Shown here: piece by piece, positions 1-11,575 of the stretch
How positions within the stretch are numbered: the first letter of the stretch is position 1
Layout: each line of letters starts with the position of its first letter
Origin: Candidatus Saccharimonadota bacterium
GTDB lineage: Bacteria > Bacillota_I > Bacilli_A > Mycoplasmatales > Hepatoplasmataceae
NCBI RefSeq assembly: GCF_000582535.1
Contig: NZ_CP006932.1
Span: forward strand, 600,001 to 632,000
Direction of reading: 5' to 3'
DNA: 32,000 nucleotides
Translations under genes and position numbers: made by a program
The notes under the pieces: model-generated
What the model was told of the DNA's origin: nothing
The model's input: the letters and a program-made list of their open reading frames with translations, nothing else
The model's database searches: none

Positions 1-66
1 GACGGGATTTGAACCCGCGATCTCCTCTGTGACAGAGAGGCATGATGACCACTTCACTACAGGACC
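1..66 (-). tRNA. tRNA-Asp (anticodon GTC), 3' acceptor end cut off by window edge
   Basis: Reverse complement reads GGTCCTGTAGTGAAGTGGTCATCATGCCTCTCTGTCACAGAGGAGATCGCGGGTTCAAATCCCGTC. Anticodon stem CCTCT/AGAGG with loop CTGTCAC. T-arm GGGTTCAAATCCC. The 3' acceptor strand lies beyond position 1. Confidence 0.85.
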
Positions 67-143
<77 letters not shown>

Positions 144-152
144 ATAAATAAA

Positions 153-245
153 TGGTGGAGATGGAGGGATTCGAACCCCCGCACGACTTTCGCCGTCTCT
201 CGGTTTTCAAGACCGACCCCTTCAACCAGACTTGGGTACATCTCC
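153..245 (-). tRNA. tRNA-Ser (TGA), class II with long variable arm
   Basis: 93 nt. Reverse complement GGAGATGTACCCAAGTCTGGTTGAAGGGGTCGGTCTTGAAAACCGAGAGACGGCGAAAGTCGTGCGGGGGTTCGAATCCCTCCATCTCCACCA. Anticodon loop CTTGAAA. Confidence 0.9.
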
Positions 246-254
246 ATTTATAAT

Positions 255-331
255 TGGTGGTCCGTGCTGGACTTGAACCAGCGACCAACCGGTTATGAGC
301 CGGTGGCTCTAACCAACTGAGCTAACGGACC
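255..331 (-). tRNA. tRNA-Ile2 (CAT, presumably lysidine-modified)
   Basis: Reverse complement GGTCCGTTAGCTCAGTTGGTTAGAGCCACCGGCTCATAACCGGTTGGTCGCTGGTTCAAGTCCAGCACGGACCACCA. From memory it resembles the Bacillus-type tRNA-Ile(CAU). It also occupies the Ile slot of the conserved Arg-Pro-Ala-Met-Ile-Ser-fMet-Asp order. Ile versus Met identity cannot be proven from sequence alone. Confidence 0.7.
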
Positions 332-336
332 TTATT

Positions 337-413
337 TGGTAGCGGAAGAGGGACTTGAACCCCCGACCCATTGAATATGAACCAATTGCTCTAACCAACT
401 GAGCTATTCCGCC
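337..413 (-). tRNA. elongator tRNA-Met (CAT)
   Basis: Reverse complement GGCGGAATAGCTCAGTTGGTTAGAGCAATTGGTTCATATTCAATGGGTCGGGGGTTCAAGTCCCTCTTCCGCTACCA. The GGCGG...GGTTCATA...GGTCGGGGGTTC...CCGCTACCA framework matches Firmicute elongator tRNA-Met. Confidence 0.75.
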
Positions 414-420
414 AATAATA

Positions 421-496
421 TGGTGGAGCGAACGAGACTCGAACTCGCGACCCCATGCGTGCAAGGCATGTGCTCTACCAACTGAGCTATCACCCC
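421..496 (-). tRNA. tRNA-Ala (TGC)
   Basis: Reverse complement GGGGTGATAGCTCAGTTGGTAGAGCACATGCCTTGCACGCATGGGGTCGCGAGTTCGAGTCTCGTTCGCTCCACCA. G3:U70 identity pair is present. Anticodon loop CTTGCAC. Confidence 0.92.
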
Positions 497-501
497 ATAA
501 A

Positions 502-578
502 TGGTCGGAAAGACAAGACTTGAACTTGCGACCCCCGCGTCCCAAACGCGGTGCTCTGCCAAACTGAGCTACTTTCCG
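502..578 (-). tRNA. tRNA-Pro (TGG)
   Basis: Reverse complement CGGAAAGTAGCTCAGTTTGGCAGAGCACCGCGTTTGGGACGCGGGGGTCGCAAGTTCAAGTCTTGTCTTTCCGACCA. Anticodon loop TTTGGGA. Confidence 0.9.
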
Positions 579-582
579 ATAA

Positions 583-659
583 TGGCGCGCCCGATAGGAG
601 TCGAACCCACAACCCTCTGATCCGTAGTCAGATACTCTATCCAGTTGAGCTACAGGCGC
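583..659 (-). tRNA. tRNA-Arg (ACG)
   Basis: Reverse complement GCGCCTGTAGCTCAACTGGATAGAGTATCTGACTACGGATCAGAGGGTTGTGGGTTCGACTCCTATCGGGCGCGCCA. Anticodon stem TCTGA/TCAGA with loop CTACGGA. Confidence 0.9.
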
Positions 660-667
660 ATTATTAA

Positions 668-752
668 TGGTGCGGGTGAAGGGACTTGAACCCTTACGTC
701 CGAAGACACTAGATCCTAAGTCTAGCGTGTCTGCCTATTCCACCACACCCGC
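668..752 (-). tRNA. tRNA-Leu (TAG), class II
   Basis: 85 nt. Reverse complement GCGGGTGTGGTGGAATAGGCAGACACGCTAGACTTAGGATCTAGTGTCTTCGGACGTAAGGGTTCAAGTCCCTTCACCCGCACCA. Anticodon loop CTTAGGA. Long variable arm. Confidence 0.9.
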
Positions 753-755
753 ACA

Positions 756-831
756 TGGTGCCGTTGATAGGAATCGAACCTACGACCCACTGATTACAAG
801 TCAGTTGCTCTGCCTGCTGAGCTACAACGGC
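756..831 (-). tRNA. tRNA-Thr (TGT)
   Basis: Reverse complement GCCGTTGTAGCTCAGCAGGCAGAGCAACTGACTTGTAATCAGTGGGTCGTAGGTTCGATTCCTATCAACGGCACCA. Anticodon stem ACTGA/TCAGT with loop CTTGTAA. Confidence 0.9.
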
Positions 832-841
832 TGATGATCTT

Positions 842-917
842 TGGTGGGGCATATAGGACTTGAACCTATGACCTCCTGCTTGTAAGGCAGATGCTCTCCC
901 AACTGAGCTAATACCCC
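842..917 (-). tRNA. tRNA-Val (TAC)
   Basis: Reverse complement GGGGTATTAGCTCAGTTGGGAGAGCATCTGCCTTACAAGCAGGAGGTCATAGGTTCAAGTCCTATATGCCCCACCA. Anticodon loop CTTACAA. Confidence 0.9.
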
Positions 918-924
918 GAAAAAA

Positions 925-1000
925 TGGTGACCCATACGGGATTTGAACCCGTGCATGCTAGGATGAAAACCTAGTGTGTTAACCGCTTCACCAATGGGCC
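925..1000 (-). tRNA. tRNA-Glu (TTC)
   Basis: Reverse complement GGCCCATTGGTGAAGCGGTTAACACACTAGGTTTTCATCCTAGCATGCACGGGTTCAAATCCCGTATGGGTCACCA. Anticodon stem CTAGG/CCTAG with loop TTTTCAT. Confidence 0.9.
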
Positions 1001-1003
1001 TAA

Positions 1004-1078
1004 TGGCGCTCCGGAGAGGATTCGAACCTCCGACCAACTGGTTAACAGCCAGCTGCTCTACCACTGAGCTACCAGAGC
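1004..1078 (-). tRNA. tRNA-Asn (GTT), first gene of the operon
   Basis: Reverse complement GCTCTGGTAGCTCAGTGGTAGAGCAGCTGGCTGTTAACCAGTTGGTCGGAGGTTCGAATCCTCTCCGGAGCGCCA. Anticodon loop CTGTTAA. Confidence 0.9.
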
Positions 1079-1105
1079 AATTTAATTGATAAACATACAA
1101 ATATT

Positions 1106-1111
1106 ATTATA
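1106..1111 (-). promoter_or_regulatory. candidate -10 box (TATAAT) for the tRNA operon
   Basis: Plus-strand ATTATA is TATAAT on the minus strand, 27 nt upstream of the tRNA-Asn 5' end. No convincing -35 at 17-bp spacing. AT-rich background makes chance matches likely. Confidence 0.25.
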
Positions 1112-1357
1112 TCTTAAATTAATCTTTTTAAGATAAAAAATCAAAAATTTTTATTAAAACAAAATCTTAATTTAATCTCTTTTTAAGAATATAATAAATC
1201 CCTCTAAATGATTAATATTATTAATCATAATAGAAACAATAACAAAAGATTTTTAAGTAAAAGAATTCGATTATTTTAAGGTTCTTTAAAAATTAAATTT
1301 TTATTATGAAATTTAATAAATATATGTAATCTTTTCTTATTTATTATAATTATACAT

Positions 1358-2029
1358 ATGAAAAAAAAAGAAGTTATTATTATCGGAGTTGGAAGGTTTG
1401 CTGAGGCATTGATAAATGAGTTATCAAAATTTCAACACTTTACATTAATTGCAATTGATAATGATATTAAAAAACTTGCAGAAATATCAACATTTGTAGA
1501 TAAAACATTTGTTGGTGATTCTTCAAATGAACAATTTTTAAAAGAAGTGGGAATTAAAAATGCTGATATTTTTGTTGTAAGTATTGGAAATGATATTCAA
1601 AGTAATTTACTGACTTCATCAATTTTAAAAGACAATTTTAGCGGAACTGTAATTGCAAAAGCAGTAAGTAAAAGACATGTTGAGATTCTTAAAAAAATTG
1701 GTGTTGATGTTGTTATAATGCCTGATACAATAGCAGCAAAAAGAACAGCAATTGGTATTTTAAATCCTGTTCTTAATGCTGAATTATTTCAAAGAAATTC
1801 AGAATTAACAGAGCTTGATGGCGGAGTTTCAATTTTAACAATTGAAGCATTACCAGTATGAGAAGATAAAATGATCAAAGATCTTAAAATACCAAGAAAT
1901 ATTTCAATATTTTTAATTTATCGTAATAAAAAAGTTGTAATTGTAAATGGATTAACAAAAATTGCAAAAGGTGATCGAATTGCAGTTGTCGGAAGAAATG
2001 AAGATTTAAGTAAAATCGTTCAAAAATAA
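1358..2029 (+). CDS. ktrA: K+ uptake system regulatory subunit, TrkA/KtrA family (223 aa)
   Basis: ORF-track fragment 1358..1861 stops at an in-frame TGA (1859-1861). Under code 4 it reads on to TAA 2027-2029. N-terminal Rossmann motif VIIIGVGRFA. The C-terminal half (...IFLIYRNKKVVIVNGLTKIAKGDRIAVVGRNEDL) looks like a TrkA-C domain. Confidence 0.85.
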
Positions 2030-2033
2030 AATT

Positions 2034-2615
2034 TTAATCATCAAAACGAATTGAATTATCTCAATTATTTCAATTCTTTGTCTCTTGTAATTTTAAAAAT
2101 TTATTAAAAGAATGAATTATGATTTTTTTGCTTGTATTATAATGAAAATAAGGAATATATGGATTTGTATCATTTACTTTTGAAAAGCCTTTTAAAGGAA
2201 TATTTTTTTCTCTTTTGGTATTAGGATATTCAATATAAAGCTCTTTAAGTAAACCTTCAATATATATTTTTGCTCTCTTATTTTTTGTAATATTTAAAAT
2301 TCAAATTTCATCAGAAATTTTATTTTTTTTGTAGTTTTTTTCTTTGATAATATTTTGATTATTTAAAATAGCAAAATTTGCTCATTTAATACACTTTATT
2401 TCTTCTTTTCAAAAAGGGGAAATAAAATTAACAATTACATCAATATCTTTTCTTTTGAATTCTATTTTATTTAAAATTGTAAATCGCGTATTCTTTTCTT
2501 TTAAAAAATATTTAAAATTATTAATAAATCTTTCAACATTTTTTTGATCTTTTTTCGCATAATTTAAGTAAACATTAAATAATTTTTTCTCGTCTTTTGT
2601 TATTTTTTGTTTCAT
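2034..2615 (-). CDS. hypothetical protein (193 aa), no family recognised
   Basis: I checked the frame codon by codon. Fragment 2409..2615 ends at TGA. With 5 further TGA=Trp codons the frame stays open to TAA at 2034-2036, 4 nt from the convergent ktrA stop. Lys/Asn-rich, no TM segment seen. Confidence 0.6.
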
Positions 2616-2678
2616 TTTTAACCTAAGTAAATTAATTATTTTTGATAAATTTATTATACAACTAATGAATAATTACTT

Positions 2679-2840
2679 TTAAATCTTAAATTTTTTTTGT
2701 TTTAATTTTTTAATTGTGTAATCATAAAGTTCATTATTTGCTGTTTCATTTGCAATTTCACAAAAGGAAATAATATGTTCGGGATATTTTTTAAGAAATA
2801 TTTTGATTTCAATATTTTTTCTACTTGACACTTTTTTCAT
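2679..2840 (-). CDS. small hypothetical protein (53 aa)
   Basis: ATG at 2838-2840, TAA at 2679-2681. Reads MKKVSSRKNIEIKIFLKKYPEHIISFCEIANETANNELYDYTIKKLKQKKFKI. It falls below the ORF-track size cutoff. It fills the gap between ktrB and the 193-aa gene on the same strand. No homology recognised. Confidence 0.3.
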   Translation of the reverse strand: MKKVSSRKNIEIKIFLKKYPEHIISFCEIANETANNELYDYTIKKLKQKKFKI

Positions 2841-2906
2841 TTACAATTATTTACTTTCAAAATATACATTATAAGAAAATATTAATTTTTATCAAAAATT
2901 TTAATT

Positions 2907-4517
2907 TTAACCTAAACGGATTTTTGTTTCAAGATATTTTGAATTATAAACTCGATAATAATGATGTTTTTTTGAAAAAATATAATCACTACGATTTGAT
3001 TTGAATAAATTAAGAATATTATAAATTCCAAATTGACCAATAAACATTACAATAATTAAAACGATTGAAGCAAATATATCAATTAATTGAAGATTATTTG
3101 TTGCAAGTCCAGTTGTTCCATAAGCACTTGCAGAAATAAATAATGAATCTATATATGTAACATCTTCATTATCAATAACATTTTCTGGAATATAAATTAA
3201 AAAGGAAGATACAAAAACAATTAAAGCAGAAAAGATAAAAATTCTAAAAGCATCGCGGACATTTTCATTTGCAATTCTACGATTAAAACATGTTACTTCT
3301 TTTTTTCTTTTAATTTTAGCAATTAAAGCAACTATTAAAACAAAAAGGGTCGTAGTCCGAATTCCTCCCGCCGTTGATCCTGGACCAGAACCAATAAACA
3401 TCATTAAAATAAAAATAACTTTTGTTGCTTCTGAAAGATCATAAATATTAATAGTTGAAAATCCGGCGTTTCTTGTTGAAAATGTATTAAAAATTAAAGC
3501 AAATGATTTTGCTGAAGGATCTCCATAAAAATCACTTCGATAAAATGAATTTTGATCACTTATTAAAACATCAAATCCTTCTGCAATAAATACTAAAAAA
3601 AGACCAATAAAAGCAACACTAAAATAAGAAAGTGCTGCAATTTTTGTAAAAATCGAAAATCTAAATTTTTGTCCTTTTGCTTTATTTTTTAAATAATTAT
3701 AGCAATCATAAATTACTGCAAAACCCACTCCTCCGAAAACAAATAAAAAAATTGTAAGAAATTGAATAAAGTAATTTTGATAATAAACTGCAAGTGAATA
3801 ATCACCCGTAAAAATATCAAATCCCGCATTATTTATACTTGAACCAGCATGAAATATTCCTGTTCAAAAAGATTGTAAAAAATCCCCTTGTAAACCAAGA
3901 TTAATCGAAGCAGGAGTATTAGAATCTTCTGTTCAATTTGCTGGATATTTTGGATCAACTGAATAAAAAAGTCCAGCAAAAATTAAACCAAAAATTATTG
4001 TAAAAGAGACTGTAGATATAAAAGCTACTTTTGCAACTTCTAGGGCATGTCTATTTGTCTCTCCCCCAATTTCATTCATTATTTCATTTTGATCTTTTAT
4101 TGTAATTTTTTTTTCAAAGATATATTCAACAAGAATAACTTTAATTGTAAATCAACCAACTCCACCAATTAAAATTAAAATTAAAATTATTAATTGGCCA
4201 AAAAAATTATATGTATCACTTACTGATACAGTACTTAATCCAGTATCCGAAAAAGCAGAAGAAGAAATAAATAAAGAATTTATAAAACTAACATGTTCAA
4301 TATCATCTTTTTGAAAAATTGGAATATAAAGTAAAATTCCTCCCAAAATTGAAAAGAAAAGATATCATCCAAGAACCGTAAGGATAGCATGATTTTTATG
4401 AAGAAATCTTTTAAAAAATCCTCCCTCTTCTCATTTTTTATTCCTTACAATATTTTGCTTGGGAATTAAAATCTCATTATGATTGGCCTTATCTTTTTTT
4501 CCAAAAAATGATTTCAT
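2907..4517 (-). CDS. ktrB: K+ transporter membrane subunit, TrkH/KtrB family (536 aa)
   Basis: Fragments 2907..3728 and 4152..4346 and the ATG at 4515-4517 share one frame. 3729-3962 was checked codon by codon with no TAA/TAG. Multi-TM protein with repeated pore-loop-like motifs: SAFSDTGLS, NAGFDIF, NAGFSTI, YGTTGLAT. ATG lies 1 nt after the ligA stop. Confidence 0.85.
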
Positions 4518-4518
4518 A

Positions 4519-6573
<2,055 letters not shown>

Positions 6574-6576
6574 AAA

Positions 6577-8181
6577 CTAAATTTTTATATATGTATTAAT
6601 TCTATCATTTTGTTTAAAATTATAATTTATGAGAAAATTTGCAAAAAAGAATAAACAAGCAAAAACATAGATAAGTAAAATATCATCAAACATCGGAACA
6701 GGAAGATCAAAAAATATTACTCAAATTGGAATTGAAAACATATTAAATAATATCAAAAATAATAAAGCAAAAAATAAGAAAAAATCATTAAATTTTTTAT
6801 ATTTATCATCTTTATTTTGATAATAAAAACTTAAGAATATAAATAAATTTAAAGTAAATAAAATAATATAAAGCGGAATTGATAAATATTTAGAATCAAA
6901 ATTATTTGTTTCCTTAAATAATGGATCATTAAATAATAAAGTAAGATTATCAAAATAATTACTTGCTGAAATAGAAAGAGCAAGAATAATCCCTAAACTT
7001 AAAAGTAACGATAAAATAAATGTTGCATTTTTTTGATTTTCTTTTACTAAAATTTCAAATTTATGAATTTGTTTTTGGTTTTTTATTAATAAAACAAAAG
7101 TAAATGGAAGTAAAATAATTAATCCAAAAAAAGCAATAAAAATTAAAGCATAAAAAATATTTATTGCATAAAAATAAAAGCCGGCTTCAATAAATAATAC
7201 TAGTAGAAAATAATAAATAATATTAAAAATATTTTCTTTTGTATAAATTAAATAAAAAATCAAAGCAAAAGCTATTGATATTGTAAGAACAATTGCATAG
7301 TAAGTTGTAGTATAAAAAGATAAAGTTAAGATGATAATAAAACTAAGATAACCATTGTCTTTATAATAATTATTAACATATCTTAAAAAGATAATTATAA
7401 TTGCAAGAAAATTAAATAATAAATAAAATTTAATTGAAATTACATCTTGATAACCAAATACAAAAATTATAATTATTCCGAATATTAAAAATAAAAGAAT
7501 TGATCTTAAATTTTTTTCATCAATTATAAGTCCTTTTATTAAGAAAAGGATTAATAAAATATAAATAGCAGGAAGAAAATATTTTACGATAAGATCTAAA
7601 TCAATATTTAAATCCTTAGTAAGAATCATAATTCAATAATAATTTGTTTGAAATATTGCATAATAATCTAAATTATTATTATATGGTTTAAATAATTCTG
7701 TAACACTATTATTATTAATGATATTGTTAATTGTAAGATAATTTAAATCTTGCTCATAATTATTAAATCAACTTAAATTATTTTCCAAGATAATAAAAAT
7801 ATAAATAAAAAGAAATGTAAAAATGTAAATAAAAGCAAAATGAAATATTTCTTTTTTATTTATATTAAAACTTTGAAATCATCAGACTCGATAAGATATT
7901 AAAATATAAATAATTAAAACAACATCTATAATATCGGAAAAATAATTAAGATAATCAAGGTTATAATTTAAAACAATAATAATTGAATAAGAAAAAAAAG
8001 TAAGTAATTGATAAAAAAGAAAACCTATAAAAAATGCAAAATAATTATTATTTCTTTCAACCTTAAAATTATTTAAAATTATTTTCCCTAATCCATAGAA
8101 AATAAAAATTAAGAGAAAAAAAGCAAAAAATAATTTTAAGATTGAAAAATCTTCTTGAAAAATTATCCCAATTAAAAACAT
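6577..8181 (-). CDS. polytopic integral membrane protein, unknown function (534 aa)
   Basis: Fragments 6721..7629 and 7882..8181 share a frame. 7630-7881 and 6577-6720 were checked codon by codon, with only TGA and no TAA/TAG. Stop TAG at 6577-6579. Extremely Phe/Ile/Leu/Tyr-rich with many predicted TM helices. Stop is 3 nt from the ligA ATG. Confidence 0.7.
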
Positions 8182-8303
8182 ATAAAAATTATATACGATT
8201 GTTTTTTATTAGTTTAAATTTTAATTTATTTTATCAAGATAAAATAACTTATTTTTTAATAGTGATATAATTTATTTGTCGTAAAAGAAATAGGAAATAA
8301 ATA

Positions 8304-8912
8304 ATGGAGTATAAAAGAATAAAATTACCGTTCAAGTATGATTACTTAGAACCTTATATGGATAAACGAACAGTACAATTACATTATGAAAATCATCATG
8401 GTGGTTATGAAAGAAATCTTTTAACAAAAATCAAAGATGTTGGTTTTGAAAGAAGATATCCTACACTAGAAGATTTAATGCGTAATTATCAAAAAATTGA
8501 TAATCCAGAAATAAGAATTGCCGTTCGTGAATTTGGTGGTGGTTTAATAAATCATAATTTTTTATGAACTATTTTAAAACCTAAGGTTCAATTAAAAGAT
8601 GGAAATTTAAAAAACGCAATTGAAAAAGAATGAGGAAGTTTTGATAAATTTAAAGATGAATTTACAAGAGAAGTAAAAAATCTTTTTGGATCAGGATGAG
8701 TTTGATTAGTAAAAAGAAAAAATGGTTCTTTAAAAATCATTAAAACTTTTAATCAAGATAATCCTTGATTTTTAAAATTTACACCAATCATGGCGATTGA
8801 TCTTTGAGAACATTCTTATTATTTAAAATATAATAGTGATCGAATGGGATATCTTGATAATTATTGAAATACAATAAATTGAGATCAAGCAGAAGAATAT
8901 TACAATTCTTAA
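8304..8912 (+). CDS. sodA: Fe/Mn superoxide dismutase (202 aa)
   Basis: Fragment 8304..8567 continues through 7 TGA codons to TAA 8910-8912. SOD signatures: LPFKYDYLEPYMD, LHYENHHGGY, GGGLINHNFLW, AIDLWEHSYYLKY. The Trp of DLWEH is TGA at 8805-8807. Confidence 0.9.
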
Positions 8913-8920
8913 GATTAATA

Positions 8921-8950
8921 AAAAAAGCACAATTATGTGCTTTTTTATTT
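8921..8950 (+). terminator. rho-independent terminator after sodA
   Basis: A-run, then stem GCACA (8927-8931), loop ATTA, stem TGTGC (8936-8940), then T6 (8941-8946). Confidence 0.7.
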
Positions 8951-9014
8951 TATCTAAATAGTGAAAATATTTATTTATTTTAAAATATATAATTTTTTTA
9001 TGGAAAGAGATAAA

Positions 9015-9692
9015 ATGAAAATATATATGTACATTGATGAATCTGGAGTTTTACATAAAAATGACTATTATAATATTTTTTTATTCGGAGGAATATGTTT
9101 TATAAATGAAAATTTAAGAAATAAATGTAAATGGGAATATGGAAAAAGAGAATTAGAAATAAAAAATAAATATCCAAATAATAAAGAATTAAAAGGAAAT
9201 ACTTTAAAAAATAAACATAAAAAATATCTTTATAGTATATTAAATGGAGAGAAAACTTTTATTGGAAAAGTTAATATAAATAAATTAAAAGAAATTGATT
9301 GACAAAGAAAAAAATCAATTCAAAAATATAAAGATTGATTTTTAATGATGTTAATTAAAGAACAAGTAAATAATTTAATTATAAAAAAAGAAATAAATGT
9401 AAATGAAAAAAATATTTTTCACATTTTTGTTGATAATCAAAATATTTCAATAGATGAAAAAAATAATTTAACAAAAAAAATTAATCAAGAATTTTTTAAA
9501 GGAAAATATAATAATAAAAAAGAATTTATCAAACCAATTTTTAATCAATTCGGAAAAATAAAAGTAAAATATGTTAATTCTGAAACTAATGAATTAATAA
9601 GAGCTGCTGATATATTATGTAATAATAAATTTAATAAAATCAAGGAAGAAAAATCGATTGAAGGAAAACACGTAATTTTTTCTCACCCCTAA
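9015..9692 (+). CDS. DUF3800-like protein (225 aa; alternative starts ATG 9000 or GTG 8961)
   Basis: Fragments 8961..9302 and 9345..9692 are one frame joined by TGA codons (9300-9302 and a second in KDWF). N-terminus MKIYMYIDESGVL matches the DUF3800 YIDESG signature. C-terminal NELIRAADILCN matches its conserved xxADxxx motif. GGAAAGAG lies just upstream of ATG 9015. Assignment is from motif memory only. Confidence 0.65.
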
Positions 9693-9846
9693 TTAAAATA
9701 AAATTAATTTTTAAATGGACATTTATATTATATTTTTATTTAATTGTGTTAGAATTAATTTACAGTTAAGTTTATTAAAAACTGTTTGATATTTAAGTAA
9801 TGAATTTTTTGGTTTAACCGTAATCTAAGTACGGCATCTTAAATAG

Positions 9847-9876
9847 GAAAATTACCTTGATTGGTAATTTTTTTTA
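9847..9876. terminator. bidirectional hairpin terminator between the DUF3800 gene (+) and the phosphohexomutase gene (-)
   Basis: Stem ATTACC (9851-9856), loop TTGATT, stem GGTAAT (9863-9868). A-run upstream and T7 downstream. The minus-strand gene's stop codon (9878-9880) sits immediately beside it. Confidence 0.6.
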
Positions 9877-9877
9877 T

Positions 9878-11515
9878 TTAAAATTTAAAATCAGAAAAGT
9901 ATTTATGTAATGCTTTATATTCTTTTTTTGCTTTTTTAGGATCTTTTTGATATATATTAAAATAAATTCTTAAAATTGGTTCTGTTCCCGAAGGTCTCAA
10001 ACATATAAAACTATAATCATTAAAATATAAAAAAACAATATTTTGTTTTGGATATTTTTCATTTTCGATACGCATATCTATTATTTTTGTAATTTTTATA
10101 TTTAAAATCTTATGATTTTTTTTATTTGTGAAAATATCTAAAAAACGATTTAAATCAAAATTATCTTTTAATTTATGTGTGGTTTGCTTCATTACAAAAT
10201 ATCCATGTTTTTTTTGTAATGAATCTAATATTTCAATTAAATCAGTTCCTTTTTCTTGATAGTATTTTACCATCTCTAAAATTAAAATTAAATTTTGAAA
10301 AGAATCTTTATCTTTAGTCATCATATTAATTGTCGCCCCATTAGATTCTTCTCATACATATAAACATTTATTTTGATTATTTTCTTTTTCTTTTACAATT
10401 TTGAATAATTCTTTAAAACCAGTAAGTGATTTATAAACTTTGACATTTTTTTCTTGTAACAAAAAATCAGCAAAATTAGAAGTAACTATTGATCTTACTA
10501 CAAAATAATTGTATTTTTTAAGATTTTCTCTTTCAAGTAAATAATTAATTGATAAAATAGAAATTTCATTTCCTGAAAATATTTTTCATTTTTTTGCTTT
10601 TTTTAAAGCCACACCAAATCGATCACCATCAGGATCTACCGCAAAAATTAAATCAACATTATTTTTTTCACTTTCTTTTATCGCTAATTTAAAAGATTTT
10701 TCAGCTTGTGGATTTGGAACTTTTGAATTTGTAAAATTAGGATCAAAACTTTCTTGTTCTTTTACTAAATAATAATCAACACCCATTTTCTTTAAAACCA
10801 TTTCTGCAATATTTAAACTAGCTCCATGATGATTTGTAAATGTTAATTTTAAATTCTTATAATTATTTAAATGCTTTTCAAAGCCAATTTCATCTAAAAG
10901 TTTTTTTATATAAAATTCATAATATTTATGATCTAAAAATAAAAGATCGTTTTCACTATCCTCTAAATTAAAATCATATTTTTCTTTTTTAAAAAAATAA
11001 TTAATTTTATCAATAATATCTTGATCTATCTGCTTTCCAATTGAATCATAAAATTTAAGTCCACTATATTCAGGAGGATTATGAGAAGCAGTAAAATTAA
11101 TTCCTCCAATAAAATTATAATTTGCAATTAAAAAAGATAAAAAAGGTGTTGTTTCCAATTGATTATTATAAGGAAGATAAGCTTTTACTCCAAGTTTTTT
11201 AGCAACATTAAAAGCAATTGTAGAAAAATAAAGATTATCTTTACGATTATCCTTAAAGATTAAAATCTTTGATTCTTTTACATTCTTTTCACCATAAATT
11301 GCAAAAAGAGCTAATAAATAACTTTTTACATATTTTGCAACAACATATTTATTAATAAAAGAAGGACCTAATCCTCTTTTTGCTCTTATTCCTGCTGTTC
11401 CAAAATTTAATTTATGATTAAAAGCTTCGTTTATTTTTTTTTCTGATAAATTTTTTAAAATTAGTTTTTCTTTTATATTTAAATTTTCTAATCATTCAGA
11501 ATATTCTTTATTCAT
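9878..11515 (-). CDS. phosphoglucomutase/phosphomannomutase (alpha-D-phosphohexomutase family, 545 aa)
   Basis: Fragments 9878..10324, 10586..11158 and the ATG at 11513-11515 are in one frame. Active-site loop FTASHNP. Metal loop AVDPDGDRFGV. Phosphate-binding loop RPSGTEPILRIY. Confidence 0.9.
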
Positions 11516-11575
11516 AATTATTTCCTATTAAAATAAATATATTTTATTTCTTAAATTATATGAAATATAGATAGA

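Noticed and set aside
309-545. 78-aa minus-strand ORF from the track
   Set aside because: It lies entirely across the tRNA-Ile2, Met, Ala and Pro genes. It is open only because the GC-rich tRNA sequence lacks stops.
822-1100. 92-aa minus-strand ORF from the track
   Set aside because: It spans the tRNA-Val, Glu and Asn genes. Same artefact as above.
2653-2658. TATAAT on the minus strand upstream of the 193-aa gene, as a promoter
   Set aside because: It is plausibly placed, 38 nt from the ATG, but there is no credible -35. TATAAT-like hexamers are abundant here, so it is not reported as a feature.
8961-9014. GTG at 8961 as the start of the DUF3800-like gene (the track's MKIFIYFKIYNFF...)
   Set aside because: It begins 15 nt after the sodA terminator T-run with no RBS. 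The family signature YIDESG sits right after ATG 9015, which has GGAAAGAG upstream. Kept only as an alternative.
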